NCBI GenBank assembly: GCA_038245905.1
Contig: JBBRRY010000019.1
Coordinates: 1 to 64,000, forward strand
Source: Thermoanaerobaculia bacterium
GTDB taxonomy: Bacteria; Acidobacteriota; Thermoanaerobaculia; UBA5066
Length of the DNA: 64,000 nucleotides
Reading direction: 5' to 3'
Each line of letters opens with the position of its first letter. Positions within the stretch are counted from its first letter, which is position 1. Positions 1-10,421 of this stretch are shown here, piece by piece. A model generated the notes under the pieces. The model did not search any database, was not told where the DNA came from, and worked only from the letters and a program-made list of their open reading frames with translations. A program made the translations under genes and the position numbers.

Positions 1-1506
1 CTGCACGGTGTCCTTGAGCTGGAGCTTCTTCTCATCGGCCGTGTTCGGGGTGGTGTCGTTCGCGCCGAAGAACTGCGTCTGGCCGAAGTTGACGGAGAAC
101 TCGGTGCCGCTGTACACGCTGGTGACCGGGCGCTGGTCCCGACCGTACTGTGCGAAGAACTGGTTGAACAGGCTGTTCGTGAAGACCGAGTCGACTTCGG
201 CGACGCCCTGGTAGAACTTGTCGACTTCGTTCGTCTGGTTCAGGCCGAAAGACGACGTGGACCCGCTGTTCGTCGTGTCGTAGTTGGCGATGTTGCCGCG
301 CAGCGACCAGTGATGGCTCGAGCCGAGGTTGCCATCGAACTTCAAGAGATAGGTCCGGAGGGTGTTGTCCACGGAATAGTTGAGGCCGGCCTCGTAAGGC
401 GCGCCCACCGCAGACTGGATCTTCGAGAGTGCCGTCGCCTGCTGAGCAGGAGTCAAGGCGAGGAATTGCCCGGACGTTCGCATGTCGTTGCCGATGACGG
501 CTGGCTGGCTCGTGGTCATCGAGTCGAAGCCGCCGAAAAAGAAGAGCTTATCTTTCAGGATCGGCCCGCCGACGACGAACCCCGGCTGGCTGACGTCCTT
601 GGCCAGGAAACTGTCAGAGACGATGAGCGGATACGAGGTCCCCCCGAAATCCGTGTCGAAAGTGGTCGGGCGAGTCGCGGCCCACGACGCTCTCCGGTCG
701 TAATAGAACGCCGAACCATGGAAGTCGTTCGTCCCGCTCTTCGTGATCGCGTTCACCGCGGCGCCCACCCCGCGGCCGTATTCCGCGTCGTACTGCGTCA
801 GGATGACCTGGAACTCCTGGATGGCCGCCTGGGAGAAGGTGAACGGGGGGCGCGAGCCGCCGGTCTGCTGGCCGAAGAAGTCGTTGTTCGAGCTTGCCCC
901 GTCGATGTTGTAGTCGGTGGACAGAGCGCGCGCGCCGTTCGCGGTGATCGAGCTGGTGTCGAAAGAGCCGGTGCTGATGCCAGGCGTCAAGAGGGCCAAG
1001 GAGCGAAAGTCCCGGCCGAGAATCGGGAGACTCTCGATCTGCTGACTAGTCACCGACTGGGATATCCCGGTGGCCTGCGTGTCGATGAGCGGCGCGGAGG
1101 CCGTGATCGTCACGGCTTCGGAGACCTTCAGCGTGAGCTTCAGGTCCGTCCTCGTCGCGTTGCCGAGGAGCACCGTCGTGCGCGGCGCGGTAGATGTTCC
1201 CAGCCCCTTCAGCTCCGCCAGGACTCTGTAGACGCCGGGCGGCAGAAGGCTGAGATCGTACCCGCCATCCTTGTTGGTTACCGTCGAACGAGTCTGGCCG
1301 GTGTCGAGCTTGGTCGCCGTGACGGTGACCCCGGGAACGCCGGCGCCGGTGTCGTCACTCACCGTTCCCCCGATCGAACCGGTGGTGTAGTTGACCGACT
1401 GTCCGAACGCTGCGAAGCACACGAAGGCCATGCTGAGCAGCACTGCGAACACGGGTCGGATACGAATGGACGCCGGGAGCGGCAGAAAACGACGCAACGT
1501 GATCAT
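1..1506 (-). CDS. TonB-dependent receptor, Oar-like, with N-terminal carboxypeptidase-regulatory-like domain (5' part; runs off the window)
   Basis: Hand translation of the minus strand from ATG 1506 gives a signal peptide then GSIGGTVSDDTGAGVPGVTVTAT...LLPPGVYRV...QIESLPILGRDFRSLALLTPG, typical of acidobacterial Oar-like receptors. Not in the ORF track because it has no stop in the window. Confidence 0.85.
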   Translation of the reverse strand, partial: MITLRRFLPLPASIRIRPVFAVLLSMAFVCFAAFGQSVNYTTGSIGGTVSDDTGAGVPGVTVTATKLDTGQTRSTVTNKDGGYDLSLLPPGVYRVLAELKGLGTSTAPRTTVLLGNATRTDLKLTLKVSEAVTITASAPLIDTQATGISQSVTSQQIESLPILGRDFRSLALLTPGISTGSFDTSSITANGARALSTDYNIDGASSNNDFFGQQTGGSRPPFTFSQAAIQEFQVILTQYDAEYGRGVGAAVNAITKSGTNDFHGSAFYYDRRASWAATRPTTFDTDFGGTSYPLIVSDSFLAKDVSQPGFVVGGPILKDKLFFFGGFDSMTTSQPAVIGNDMRTSGQFLALTPAQQATALSKIQSAVGAPYEAGLNYSVDNTLRTYLLKFDGNLGSSHHWSLRGNIANYDTTNSGSTSSFGLNQTNEVDKFYQGVAEVDSVFTNSLFNQFFAQYGRDQRPVTSVYSGTEFSVNFGQTQFFGANDTTPNTADEKKLQLKDTVQ

Positions 1507-1530
1507 GGGCACACCCCTTCCGTTGATTGA

Positions 1531-1559
1531 GAAAGGAAAAAGACCCCGGCGCGGCCGGG
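1531..1559 (-). promoter_or_regulatory. Terminator-like hairpin with U-tract in the leader of the TBDR gene (possible attenuator)
   Basis: Minus strand CCCGGC-CGC-GCCGGG followed by GTCTTTTTCCTTTC, about 25 nt before the start codon. Confidence 0.4.
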
Positions 1560-1705
1560 AAAACTTCCTTGGACCGGTAAGATCGTCACGGTCCTTCCTT
1601 GGCCTTCAGTGCGGCTCGATCCAGCCTCACCACGCCTGCAACCGCGCTTTCCATCCGCGCCCAATGCTATATCGACTCCGCTAGACTCAGTACCCCGGAG
1701 GTATA

Positions 1706-3121
1706 GTGCAGATGACTCAGTCCGATGGATTCCTGGAGAGCGTCAACAAGAACTTTGACGCCGCCGCCAGCTTTCTCGACTACCCTCCCGGACTCCTCGA
1801 CCAGATCAAGGTCTGCAACAGCGTCTACAAGTTTCGCTTCCCCGTCAGACGGGCAGGGGGCGGTTACGAGGTCATCGAGGCGTGGCGCGCCGAGCACAGC
1901 CATCACAAGCTTCCGGTCAAGGGAGGGATCCGCTACTCGCCCGACGTAAACGAGGACGAGGTCCTTGCGCTCGCGGCGCTCATGACGTTCAAGTGCGCGA
2001 TCGTCGACGTGCCGTTTGGCGGAGCGAAGGGCGGCATCAAGATCGACCCGAGGAAGACGTCCGTCGAGCAGCTCGAGCGCATCACGCGCCGCTACACCGC
2101 CGAGCTGACGAAGAAGAACTTCATCGGGCCCGGGATCGACGTGCCCGCTCCGGACTACGGGACGGGCCCCCGCGAGATGTCCTGGATCGCCGACACCTAT
2201 GCGCAGTTCCATCCCGGCGAAATCGACGCCATCGGCTGCGTCACCGGGAAGCCCCTGAGCCAGGGCGGAATCCGCGGCCGCAAGGAAGCCACGGGCCGCG
2301 GCGTCTTCTTCGGCGTCCGGGAAGCCCTCGCGGATCCCGAGCTGCTCAAGGAGCTGGGACTCTCGGCCGGCCTCGCCGGGAAGCGCGCCGTCGTGCAGGG
2401 TCTCGGGAACGTCGGATACCACGCCGCCAAGTTCCTCCTGGAAGGCGGAGCCGTGATCGTAGGCCTGTCCGAGTGGGAAGGCGCAATCGCGAATCCGAAG
2501 GGTCTCGACGTCGCCGCGGTGATGAAACACCGTGCCGCCACGGGCAAGATCACGGGATTCCCGGGCGCCACCGACATCCCCAGCGAGGACGCCCTGTTCC
2601 TCGAGTGCGACATCCTCGTGCCGGCCGCGCTCGAAAACGTGATCCGGGGCGCGAACGCGGCGCGCGTGAAGGCGAAGATCATCGCCGAGGGGGCGAACGG
2701 CCCGATCGCCGCTGACGGCGACGCGATCCTCCGCCAGAACGGCGTCTGCGTGATCCCCGACATGTACCTCAACGCGGGCGGCGTCACGGTGTCGTATTTC
2801 GAATGGCTCAAGAACCTGTCGCACGTACGGTTCGGCCGCATGGAGAAGCGGTTCGAAGAGATGAGCGCGGCCCGGATGGTGAAGACGATCGAGAGCGCGA
2901 CCGGCAAGCCGCTCGCCGAGCACGAGAGAAAGCTCCTCATTCACGGGGCCGAAGAGGAAGACCTCGTCAACTCGGGTCTCGAGGAGACGATGTCCGTCGC
3001 CTGGCATCAGATCCGAGACGTGCAGCGAAAGCATCCAAAGACGGACCTGCGCACGGCCGCCTTCATTTCCGCGATCGACAAGATCGCGGTGAGCTACCTG
3101 GAGCTGGGGATCTTCCCCTGA
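1706..3121 (+). CDS. gdhA: Glu/Leu/Phe/Val dehydrogenase (glutamate dehydrogenase)
   Basis: Motifs [44 protein letters not shown]. Confidence 0.95.
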   Translation: MQMTQSDGFLESVNKNFDAAASFLDYPPGLLDQIKVCNSVYKFRFPVRRAGGGYEVIEAWRAEHSHHKLPVKGGIRYSPDVNEDEVLALAALMTFKCAIVDVPFGGAKGGIKIDPRKTSVEQLERITRRYTAELTKKNFIGPGIDVPAPDYGTGPREMSWIADTYAQFHPGEIDAIGCVTGKPLSQGGIRGRKEATGRGVFFGVREALADPELLKELGLSAGLAGKRAVVQGLGNVGYHAAKFLLEGGAVIVGLSEWEGAIANPKGLDVAAVMKHRAATGKITGFPGATDIPSEDALFLECDILVPAALENVIRGANAARVKAKIIAEGANGPIAADGDAILRQNGVCVIPDMYLNAGGVTVSYFEWLKNLSHVRFGRMEKRFEEMSAARMVKTIESATGKPLAEHERKLLIHGAEEEDLVNSGLEETMSVAWHQIRDVQRKHPKTDLRTAAFISAIDKIAVSYLELGIFP

Positions 3122-4305
3122 ACGAGCAGGCGGACGGGGCCCCGCGTCGCCTGGAAGACGGCGCGGTGGCCGGCGGCATCCATGTGCATGTCCGCGCCCG
3201 GCAGATAGAGGCTGCGGCCCGTGCGCCGGTTCTCCAATGCGAGAGTGTCCGAGGGGTCGAGACACACGATGCCGGCGGACGCGCAGAACGCGCGAATGCG
3301 GCGGGCCGGAAGCGCGGGATCGAAGCAGTCACGCGCGAGCCCGTAGCCCTCCACCGTGGTGTCCCAGTCCTCGGGCTGGACGGCGTACCGCTGCGGAAGG
3401 AGGAGAGCGGCGAACGCGAAGCCGCGTTCGGCCGCGAGGTCCCGGTACGCGAGGAGCGCCCGTTCGAGCCGTGAAAACGCCGTCTCGACGGCCGGGGGCG
3501 GCGCGACGAGACACGTCCCGAGGCCGTTCTCGCCGTCGAAGAGAAACCGCGTGAGGCCCGGCCCGCGCGAGCTCGCGATCGGCTGCGCGAGGGGCCCGAA
3601 GGCGAGCTCGGCGAGCCGGAGGGCGCGGCGCCGCGGCACGGACGCGACGCTCCCCCGCACGCATTCAGCCGGGAGCTCGAGCTTCACCTCGGACCGCTCC
3701 CAGATCGGGGCCACCGGGCCCGACCGGGCCACCCGCAACGGGTCCCGCTCGATGCGGAACGGGCCGGGTGCGTCGAGCGCGAGGCTCGCCTGCGCGACGT
3801 CGTTTCCCAGCGTGATGCCGAGGAGCACGACATCCGGGCGGAAACGCGCCACGGCGTCCTGCAGCCAGAAGAGCCCGTTCACGGGCTCCTCGATCTCGGA
3901 GACGAGGACCTCGGCCGGAACCCCGCGAACCGCGAGGTCCTTCTCGAGGAGGCGCGAGAACGTGGCCTCCTGGTCGACCCGGTACCCCGCAACGAACGAG
4001 TCTCCCATCGAGAGGACACGTACGACGCCGGGGCCCGCACGGTCGGCGACATCCGAGGCTCGCCGGAACCCCTGGGCGTCGTTCTTCCACCAGACGGTTC
4101 CACCTCGCCCGTCCGACACTCGGCCCTCGAAGCCTTCCTTCAGGAGCCCGCCCGGTCCCATTCCCTCGGTGCGCACGGCGTCGCCGTAGTCCAGCGTGGC
4201 GCCCGGCTTCGCGGGCCGGCCGAGCGGGTCGAACACGCGCAGCCCACCCTCCGCCGCCGCGAGCGCCACAGCGCAGGACACGATGAACGTCGCGGCGTTC
4301 TTCAG
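3094..4305 (-). CDS. SGNH/GDSL-hydrolase-like membrane-anchored protein (start uncertain, possibly CTG 4305)
   Basis: C-terminal part of ORF 3094..5715: N-terminal TM helix, MGDSF block I, LGND block III, DMH block V. Confidence 0.7.
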   Translation of the reverse strand: MKNAATFIVSCAVALAAAEGGLRVFDPLGRPAKPGATLDYGDAVRTEGMGPGGLLKEGFEGRVSDGRGGTVWWKNDAQGFRRASDVADRAGPGVVRVLSMGDSFVAGYRVDQEATFSRLLEKDLAVRGVPAEVLVSEIEEPVNGLFWLQDAVARFRPDVVLLGITLGNDVAQASLALDAPGPFRIERDPLRVARSGPVAPIWERSEVKLELPAECVRGSVASVPRRRALRLAELAFGPLAQPIASSRGPGLTRFLFDGENGLGTCLVAPPPAVETAFSRLERALLAYRDLAAERGFAFAALLLPQRYAVQPEDWDTTVEGYGLARDCFDPALPARRIRAFCASAGIVCLDPSDTLALENRRTGRSLYLPGADMHMDAAGHRAVFQATRGPVRLLVQGKIPSSR

Positions 4306-6170
4306 TCGAGCGTGAACGTCTTCTTCCAGTCCTCGCTCTCGGCGAACGATGGCTGATCCTCGCGAAGGAGGACATGGTTCTCGAGGACGAGCGCGTCCAT
4401 CGCCGTCCGCATGAAGCAGCGGTAGGCGTCCTCGGGCGTGCAGACAATCGGTTCGCCCCGGACGTTGAACGACGTGTTCACGACGACCGGGCAGCCCGTC
4501 TTCTCCTGAAACGCAAAGAGGATCGCGTGGTAGACGGGGTTCGTCTCCTTCCGCACGGTCTGGAGGCGCGCCGAATAGTCGACGTGCGTGACGGCGGGGA
4601 TCGACGAGCGGGGAACATTCAGCCTTTCGATGCCCCAGAGCGCGCGCTCGGCGTCCGTCATCTCGCGCCGGAGGCTCTTTGCCACGTCCGCGCAGAGGAG
4701 CATGTAAGGCGAGTCCCCGTCGAACTCGAACCACGCTGCGGCATCCTCGCGGAGGACGGACGGCGCGAACGGCCGGAACGACTCCCGGAACTTGATCTTG
4801 AGGTTCATGACCGACTGCATCGCCGGGGAGCGCGGATCGCCGAGGATGCTCCGCCCGCCCAGCGCGCGCGGCCCGAACTCCATCCGCCCCTGCAGGAGGC
4901 CGACGACCTTGCCCGAAGCGAGAAGGTCCGCGACGGTGGCAGGAAGCTGGACGGCACTCACGGAGCGAAACGGGTAGTTTTTCGAAGAAAGCCAGGAGGA
5001 GATTTCTTCTGATGAGTAGGAGGGACCAAGGAATGCGCCCGACATGCCGTCTTCGTAAGGGGGCAGGGCACGCCGCGCGAGATTTTGCCTCCAGGTCCCT
5101 CGTCTTTCCGCGCTTTCGCGCGGCATCCCGAGGTGCCGGTGCCATACCGCGAGCGCGGCGCCGACGGCGCCGCCCGCGTCGCCCGCGGCGGGCTGGATCC
5201 AGAGATCGTCGAAGATTCGCGCTTCGTGGAGCTTTCCGTTCGCGACGCAGTTCAGCGCGACGCCGCCCGCCAGGCAGAGATATTTCGCGCCGGTCGTCTT
5301 CTTCGCGTGGCGGGCCATCTTCAGGACGATTTCCTCGGTCACGTCCTGGATCGAGCGGGCGAGATCCATCTCGCGCTGCGTGAGCTTCGATTCCGGCGCC
5401 CGCGCCGGGCCGCCGAACAGCCGCTCGAAGCCCGCGCCCGTCATCGTGAGGCGATCGGCGAAGTCGAAGTAGTCCATGTCGAGCCGGATCGAACCGTCCT
5501 CGCAGACGTGGACGAGCTTCTCCCGGATGAGATCGGCGTACTTCGGCTCGCCATAGGGAGCGAGGCCCATGAGCTTGTACTCGCCGCTGTTGACCTTGAA
5601 GCCGCAGAAGTACGTGAAGGCCGAGTACAGAAGGCCGATGGAATGGGGAAACTTGAGCTCCGAGAGCATGTCGAGCCGGTGTCCGCTGCCCATCCCGAGC
5701 GACGACGTCGCCCACTCCCCCACCCCGTCCATCGTCAGAACGGCGGCCTCCTCATAGGGCGACGGATAGAAAGCCGACGCCGCATGGGACTCGTGATGCT
5801 CGGAAAACAGCACCCCGCCCTCGTACCCCAGCTCCTTGCCGATGCGCTCGGACATCCAGAGGCGGTCCGTGATCCAGAGGGGCATCGACTTCAGGAACGA
5901 CGTGAACCCTTTCGGGGCGTACTCGAGGTACGTCTCGAAGAGGCGCTCGAATTTCAGGAGCGGCTTGTCGTAGAACGCCACGTGGTCGAGGTCCGCGGCC
6001 GCGAGGCCTCCGGCCTCGAGGCAGTAGCGCGCGGCGCGGGCGGGAAACTCCGCGTCGTGCTTCTTGCGGGTGAAGCGCTCTTCCTGCGCCGCGGCCACGA
6101 TCTTCCCGTCGACGAGGAGACACGCGGCAGAGTCGTGGTAGTAGGCCGACAGGCCGAGGATCGCCGCCAC
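4302..6170 (-). CDS. O-carbamoyltransferase, NodU/CmcH/SxtI family
   Basis: ILGLSAYYHDSAA, EHHESHAASAFY, GEYKLMGLAPYG, LAGGVALNC, GPRALGGRSI, KFRESFRPFAP, NTSFNVRGEPIV. GTG start at 6170. Confidence 0.93.
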   Translation of the reverse strand: MAAILGLSAYYHDSAACLLVDGKIVAAAQEERFTRKKHDAEFPARAARYCLEAGGLAAADLDHVAFYDKPLLKFERLFETYLEYAPKGFTSFLKSMPLWITDRLWMSERIGKELGYEGGVLFSEHHESHAASAFYPSPYEEAAVLTMDGVGEWATSSLGMGSGHRLDMLSELKFPHSIGLLYSAFTYFCGFKVNSGEYKLMGLAPYGEPKYADLIREKLVHVCEDGSIRLDMDYFDFADRLTMTGAGFERLFGGPARAPESKLTQREMDLARSIQDVTEEIVLKMARHAKKTTGAKYLCLAGGVALNCVANGKLHEARIFDDLWIQPAAGDAGGAVGAALAVWHRHLGMPRESAERRGTWRQNLARRALPPYEDGMSGAFLGPSYSSEEISSWLSSKNYPFRSVSAVQLPATVADLLASGKVVGLLQGRMEFGPRALGGRSILGDPRSPAMQSVMNLKIKFRESFRPFAPSVLREDAAAWFEFDGDSPYMLLCADVAKSLRREMTDAERALWGIERLNVPRSSIPAVTHVDYSARLQTVRKETNPVYHAILFAFQEKTGCPVVVNTSFNVRGEPIVCTPEDAYRCFMRTAMDALVLENHVLLREDQPSFAESEDWKKTFTLD

Positions 6171-6328
6171 TAGAACAGCGTGTAGATGAAGGGCGCGATC
6201 ACACTCTTCTCGGCGAGGACGAGGAGGAGCCCGACGAGGACGAGGAGAAACACGATGGGCATGAGCCAGTACTTCTTCCGGTATTTCAGGAAAGCCCAGA
6301 GCTGCGCGAGGACGTCGCCCTTGCCCAT
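6170..6328 (-). CDS. Small membrane protein, SxtK/DUF5989-like
   Basis: 52 aa MGKGDVLAQLWAFLKYRKKYWLMP...IAPFIYTLF; the APFIYTLF end and position next to a carbamoyltransferase are characteristic. Confidence 0.85.
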   Translation of the reverse strand: MGKGDVLAQLWAFLKYRKKYWLMPIVFLLVLVGLLLVLAEKSVIAPFIYTLF

Positions 6329-6717
6329 TACCAGATCGTCTCGTAGTGGCGGGGGTCGCCGTTGCGCTCGGGATACGGCGTCCACATCGATTGGGGATCG
6401 GGCCCCCGGCGCCGAAGCTCGTTGCGCCCGAAGAGGCGGAGGACGAAGCCGAGAGGCGTGAGGACAAGGAAGAACGTCAGGAACAGGAAGATCGCGGAAT
6501 TGACGCGTCCGAGGACCCGAGCGAACGCAAGCCAGGCACGGTGAGGGCCGGCGAGGAGCCCCGGCGCGGCGGCGGCGAGGAGGAGCAGGACGCCCCCGAG
6601 GAACGCGCAGACCGCCCCGGCCACGGCGCGGTGCCGCCAGAGCAGTAGAGCGCCGAGGACGGCGAACACGCCACCCACCGTCCACCCGAACTTCCGATCT
6701 TCGGACCTGGTCGCCAC
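6328..6717 (-). CDS. SxtJ-family membrane protein
   Basis: DRKFGWTVG...WLAFARVLGRVNSAIFL...LTPLG; lies directly upstream of DUF5989 and the carbamoyltransferase. Confidence 0.8.
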   Translation of the reverse strand: MATRSEDRKFGWTVGGVFAVLGALLLWRHRAVAGAVCAFLGGVLLLLAAAAPGLLAGPHRAWLAFARVLGRVNSAIFLFLTFFLVLTPLGFVLRLFGRNELRRRGPDPQSMWTPYPERNGDPRHYETIW

Positions 6718-6727
6718 CGCTCGGATC

Positions 6728-9190
6728 TTAACTTGCCTGCAGCGCGCCGCCGAGCACCCGCGTCGAGGCGAGAAGCTCGGCGAACTCGGCGGCGGATACC
6801 GGGGCGCTCACGCCGAAGCCCTGGAGCCGGTCACACCCGGCCTGACGCAGGAACTCGATCTGACCCGGCGTCTCCACGCCCTCCGCCACCACGACGAGAC
6901 CGAGGTCGTGCCCGAGCGTCACCATCGTCTGCACGAGCTTCGCGGTGCGACCGGACGGGTCGATCGGCCCCGTAAGCTCCCGGAGGAAGGCCTGGTCGAT
7001 CTTGAGTTCGTCGATCGGGAGCAGCTGGAGGTAGGAGAGAGACGAGTAGCCGGTTCCGAAGTCGTCCACGGCGAGGCCGAGGCCGAGCGCCTTCAGACGC
7101 CCGAGAAGCGACATCGTCGAGGCCACGTCCTTGACGATGAGGCTCTCCGTGACCTCGAGTCTCAGGAACGAACCCGGCACCCCGTGCTTTCCCAGAAGGC
7201 GTTCGAGCGTCTCGGCGAGGTCCGCCTGCGAGAACTGGGCTGGCGACAGGTTGACGGACACCGGCACCGCGTCGATGTCATCGCGTCTCCAGGCCGCGAT
7301 CCGCGCACAGACTTCCTCGAAGGCCCAGAGACCGATGGACTGAATGAGACCGCTCTCTTCCGCGATCGGGATGAAGCGGCTCGGGCGCACGGGGCCGAGA
7401 TCGGGATGATTCCAGCGGAGGAGCGCCTCGGCCCCCACGAGCGCTCCGGTGCGGTCCACCTGCGGCTGGTAGGCGATCTCGAGCTCCCCGCGCGTAAGCG
7501 CGCGGCGCAAGTCGTTCTCGAGACGCAGCCGCTCGCTGCCGCCCATCATCACGTCGGGCCCGAACACCCGGTATCCGTTGCCGGCCATCGCCTTGGCCGC
7601 GTACATCGCCGCATCGGCGTGCCGCTGAAGAGCCACGACGTCGCGCGCGTCGTCCGGAAAGATGCTCAGCCCGACACTGGCCCCCACGAACACCTGGTCT
7701 CCCCGCAGGTCGAACGGAGCCTTCAGAGCCTCGAGCAGGCGTTCCGGCAGCTCTCCGCCCCGGCCCGCCACGCCGGGCGGCTCGACCCTGAGAACGCAGA
7801 ACTCGTCGCCGCCCATGCGCGCAAGGACGTCCCCGTCGGCGAGCGCGGCCGAAAGCCGGAACGCAACCTCGCGGAGCAGCTCGTCGCCGCCCGCGTGTCC
7901 GAAGGTGTCGTTGACCTGCTTGAAACGATCGAGGTCGACGTACGCGAGGACGACGCAGGAGCCGTTCCCCGCGGCTCGCGAAACGGCGGCTCGCAAGCTC
8001 TCTTCGAGGGACAACCGGTTCGGCAGGCTCGTGAGCGAGTCGAAGCGCGCCTGGAACAGAAGCTGCTCCGAGAGCTGCCGCTGCTCGATCGCGATGGCCG
8101 CGAGCGACGCCGCGCCCGAAAGCAAGGCCGTGTCGGCGCGTTCCGGCCGGCGGACCTCGGGCAGAAGAACGCTCAGCGTGCCGAGTACCACGCCGCCGCC
8201 CGTTTCGATCGGCACGCTCCAGCAGGCCTTGATCCCGTGCGGGGCGAAGGTCTCCTTGCACGCGCTCCAAAGGGGGTCGTCGGGCACGTCGCGTGTCACG
8301 ACGAGACGGTGCTCTTCCACCGCGCGCGCGAGGGGCGGCGTCGTGGACGCGAGCGGGATGTCCTCGTGCGTGTTTCCGAAAGGGCCCACGGAACCGGCCG
8401 AGCCGAGGGCGCGAACGCCCTGACGAAGCGGCGAAATCGCACAGATTGCTCGGGGACGCTGGTGCTCGACGAGGGCCGCGACTTCGGGAAGGATCACGCG
8501 CAACGGCTCGCCGAGCGCGATCTTCTCGAGGATCATGCGGCGGTCCCGCTCCAGGAGATCGCGCCCGGACAGTGTGTCCTCGACGAACCGCCGGTCCTTG
8601 CGCTCGCGCTGGAGGAGAACGTCCGACTCGGCGACCGACTCGACGAGCGCGTCGCGCTCGACCGTGAGCCGCTCGCGCTCCTCGGCGACCTGCTTCACGT
8701 GCCTCTGAAGGGGAGAGAGAACCGACAGGGCCGCGGCGACCGCTCCGAGCGCCGCGAGCGAGAGGGCCGCCGCGAGGCTGCCTCGCCGCTCCCGGCTCGC
8801 CGACTCGCGCGCGGAGGCCAGTGAAAGGCCGAGAACGAGTGTGCCGACGCGCTTGCCTCCGTACATCACCGGCGCCCGGGTCACGTGGGTCTCCCCGGCG
8901 GCCGGCGCCTGCCAGACAGCGGCTGGAAGGCCCGCCCCGTTCAGGACGACGACCGAGACGAGCCGCCCGCCCGGCACGAGGTCCTTGACGGTCTCGACCG
9001 CGCCGTCCGCGTCCTGAAACACGAGCAGCGATCCGATTCCCGCCGCCGCCCGGCTCGCAACCATATCCGCTTCCTGTCCAGCCGCCGCGAGAGAGCGCGT
9101 CTCCGCCCCGGTCAGGCGCGCGACGAGAAGGACCGCCGCAATGAGACAGGCGAGCGCGAGAACCATCGAGAAACGGCGCACGACGACCAC
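6728..9190 (-). CDS. Membrane-anchored GAF-GGDEF-EAL c-di-GMP cyclase/phosphodiesterase
   Basis: Two TM segments, GAF (CWSVPI), DSLTSLPNR, RMGGDEF, EALLRW, DDFGTGYSSLSYL. Start re-called to GTG 9190. Confidence 0.9.
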   Translation of the reverse strand: MVVVRRFSMVLALACLIAAVLLVARLTGAETRSLAAAGQEADMVASRAAAGIGSLLVFQDADGAVETVKDLVPGGRLVSVVVLNGAGLPAAVWQAPAAGETHVTRAPVMYGGKRVGTLVLGLSLASARESASRERRGSLAAALSLAALGAVAAALSVLSPLQRHVKQVAEERERLTVERDALVESVAESDVLLQRERKDRRFVEDTLSGRDLLERDRRMILEKIALGEPLRVILPEVAALVEHQRPRAICAISPLRQGVRALGSAGSVGPFGNTHEDIPLASTTPPLARAVEEHRLVVTRDVPDDPLWSACKETFAPHGIKACWSVPIETGGGVVLGTLSVLLPEVRRPERADTALLSGAASLAAIAIEQRQLSEQLLFQARFDSLTSLPNRLSLEESLRAAVSRAAGNGSCVVLAYVDLDRFKQVNDTFGHAGGDELLREVAFRLSAALADGDVLARMGGDEFCVLRVEPPGVAGRGGELPERLLEALKAPFDLRGDQVFVGASVGLSIFPDDARDVVALQRHADAAMYAAKAMAGNGYRVFGPDVMMGGSERLRLENDLRRALTRGELEIAYQPQVDRTGALVGAEALLRWNHPDLGPVRPSRFIPIAEESGLIQSIGLWAFEEVCARIAAWRRDDIDAVPVSVNLSPAQFSQADLAETLERLLGKHGVPGSFLRLEVTESLIVKDVASTMSLLGRLKALGLGLAVDDFGTGYSSLSYLQLLPIDELKIDQAFLRELTGPIDPSGRTAKLVQTMVTLGHDLGLVVVAEGVETPGQIEFLRQAGCDRLQGFGVSAPVSAAEFAELLASTRVLGGALQAS

Positions 9191-9219
9191 GTCAAATACT
9201 TTACGCCTTACGCTCGTCC

Positions 9220-10146
9220 TCAGCGATCGCGCCCGGCCGCGAACATCGCCAGCCCCGCCAGGAGCCCCGAGTCGCCCTCGAGGTCCCGGGCGGCTTCCCG
9301 TGCGGCGCCAAGCGCGAGGTCGCGCTCCTGAAACGCGCCCGCCAGGCCGAAGACCGACGGATACGTGAGCTTTTCCTGGACGGAGTCTTTTCCCGCGGTC
9401 TTGCCGAGAGTCTCGGACGTCTGCGTGACGTCGAGAATGTCGTCGGCGATCTGGAAGAGGAGCCCGAGCGCGTCCCCGTAAAGGGAAACGCCGCGGAGCC
9501 GGCCCGCGTCCGCTCCCGCGTGAAGGGCTCCGAGCTCGAGGGCCAGCCGGATGAGCCGGCCTGTCTTCAAGGCATGAATGCGCCGAAGGTGCATCGCGCG
9601 CTCCGCCGCCGGAATCTCGACCCCCGCCGCCCCGAGGTCCAGGGCCTGGCCACCGGCCATGCCGAGGACGCCGATCGCGCGCGCCGTGCGGGCGACCGCG
9701 TCGGACCGCCGGGCCCCGCACGCATCTCCGGAAGGCCGCGTCGCGAGAAGCTCGAAACCGAGCGTCTGCAGCGCGTCGCCCGCGAGAAGGGCGGTGGCCT
9801 CGCCGAAGACGACGTGGCACGTGGCCCTCCCCCGGCGGAGCGCGTCGTCGTCCATGCACGGGAGGTCGTCGTGGATGAGCGAATAGGTGTGGAGAAGCTC
9901 GAGCGCGACGGCCGCCTCAATCGCGTCGCCGGGAAGCCGCTCCGGCCCGGCGGACTCCGCGCCCGCGAGGAAGAGCAGCGGCCTGAGGCGTTTCCCGCCC
10001 GCGAGCACGCTGTACCGCATCGCGGCCACGAGGGCCCTGGGCTCGGCACCCTCGGCGGGCAGGACGGCGCGGAGCGCGGCCTCGACCTCAGGGCGGCGGC
10101 CTTCGAGGGTCGCCGGCAGGCCGGCCGCGCTCCTCACGTCCGCCAT
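9220..10146 (-). CDS. ispA: Farnesyl diphosphate synthase (polyprenyl synthetase)
   Basis: GGKRLRP, SLIHDDLPCMDDDALRRG, FQIADDILD, GKTAGKD; follows xseB. Confidence 0.93.
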   Translation of the reverse strand: MADVRSAAGLPATLEGRRPEVEAALRAVLPAEGAEPRALVAAMRYSVLAGGKRLRPLLFLAGAESAGPERLPGDAIEAAVALELLHTYSLIHDDLPCMDDDALRRGRATCHVVFGEATALLAGDALQTLGFELLATRPSGDACGARRSDAVARTARAIGVLGMAGGQALDLGAAGVEIPAAERAMHLRRIHALKTGRLIRLALELGALHAGADAGRLRGVSLYGDALGLLFQIADDILDVTQTSETLGKTAGKDSVQEKLTYPSVFGLAGAFQERDLALGAAREAARDLEGDSGLLAGLAMFAAGRDR

Positions 10147-10148
10147 CG

Positions 10149-10421
10149 TCAGGGTTCGTCCCCGTCGAGTTCGTCGCTCTTGTCCTCGAGAGGCTCCGTC
10201 ACGAGGGCGTCGGCTGTCTCTTTCAGGACGACGTCGACGCGCTTCTGGATCTCGTCGATCTTCGACCGGCAGAATCGAGACAGCGAGACGCCCTCTTCGA
10301 AAAGCTCGAGGCTCGACTCGAGGCCCTTCTCGGGGTCGTCGAGCCCGGCGACGATCTCCTGGAGGCGCTCGAGCGCTTTCTCGAACGAAAGGTTCTTCGA
10401 AAGGGTCTTGGTCTTTGTCAT
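10149..10421 (-). CDS. xseB: Exodeoxyribonuclease VII small subunit
   Basis: SFEKALERLQEIV...LESSLELFEEGVSL; between xseA and ispA. Confidence 0.93.
   Translation of the reverse strand: MTKTKTLSKNLSFEKALERLQEIVAGLDDPEKGLESSLELFEEGVSLSRFCRSKIDEIQKRVDVVLKETADALVTEPLEDKSDELDGDEP

Noticed and set aside
4302-6717. Saxitoxin biosynthesis
   Set aside because: Only sxtI/J/K-like genes are present; no sxtA, sxtG or other core genes in the window.
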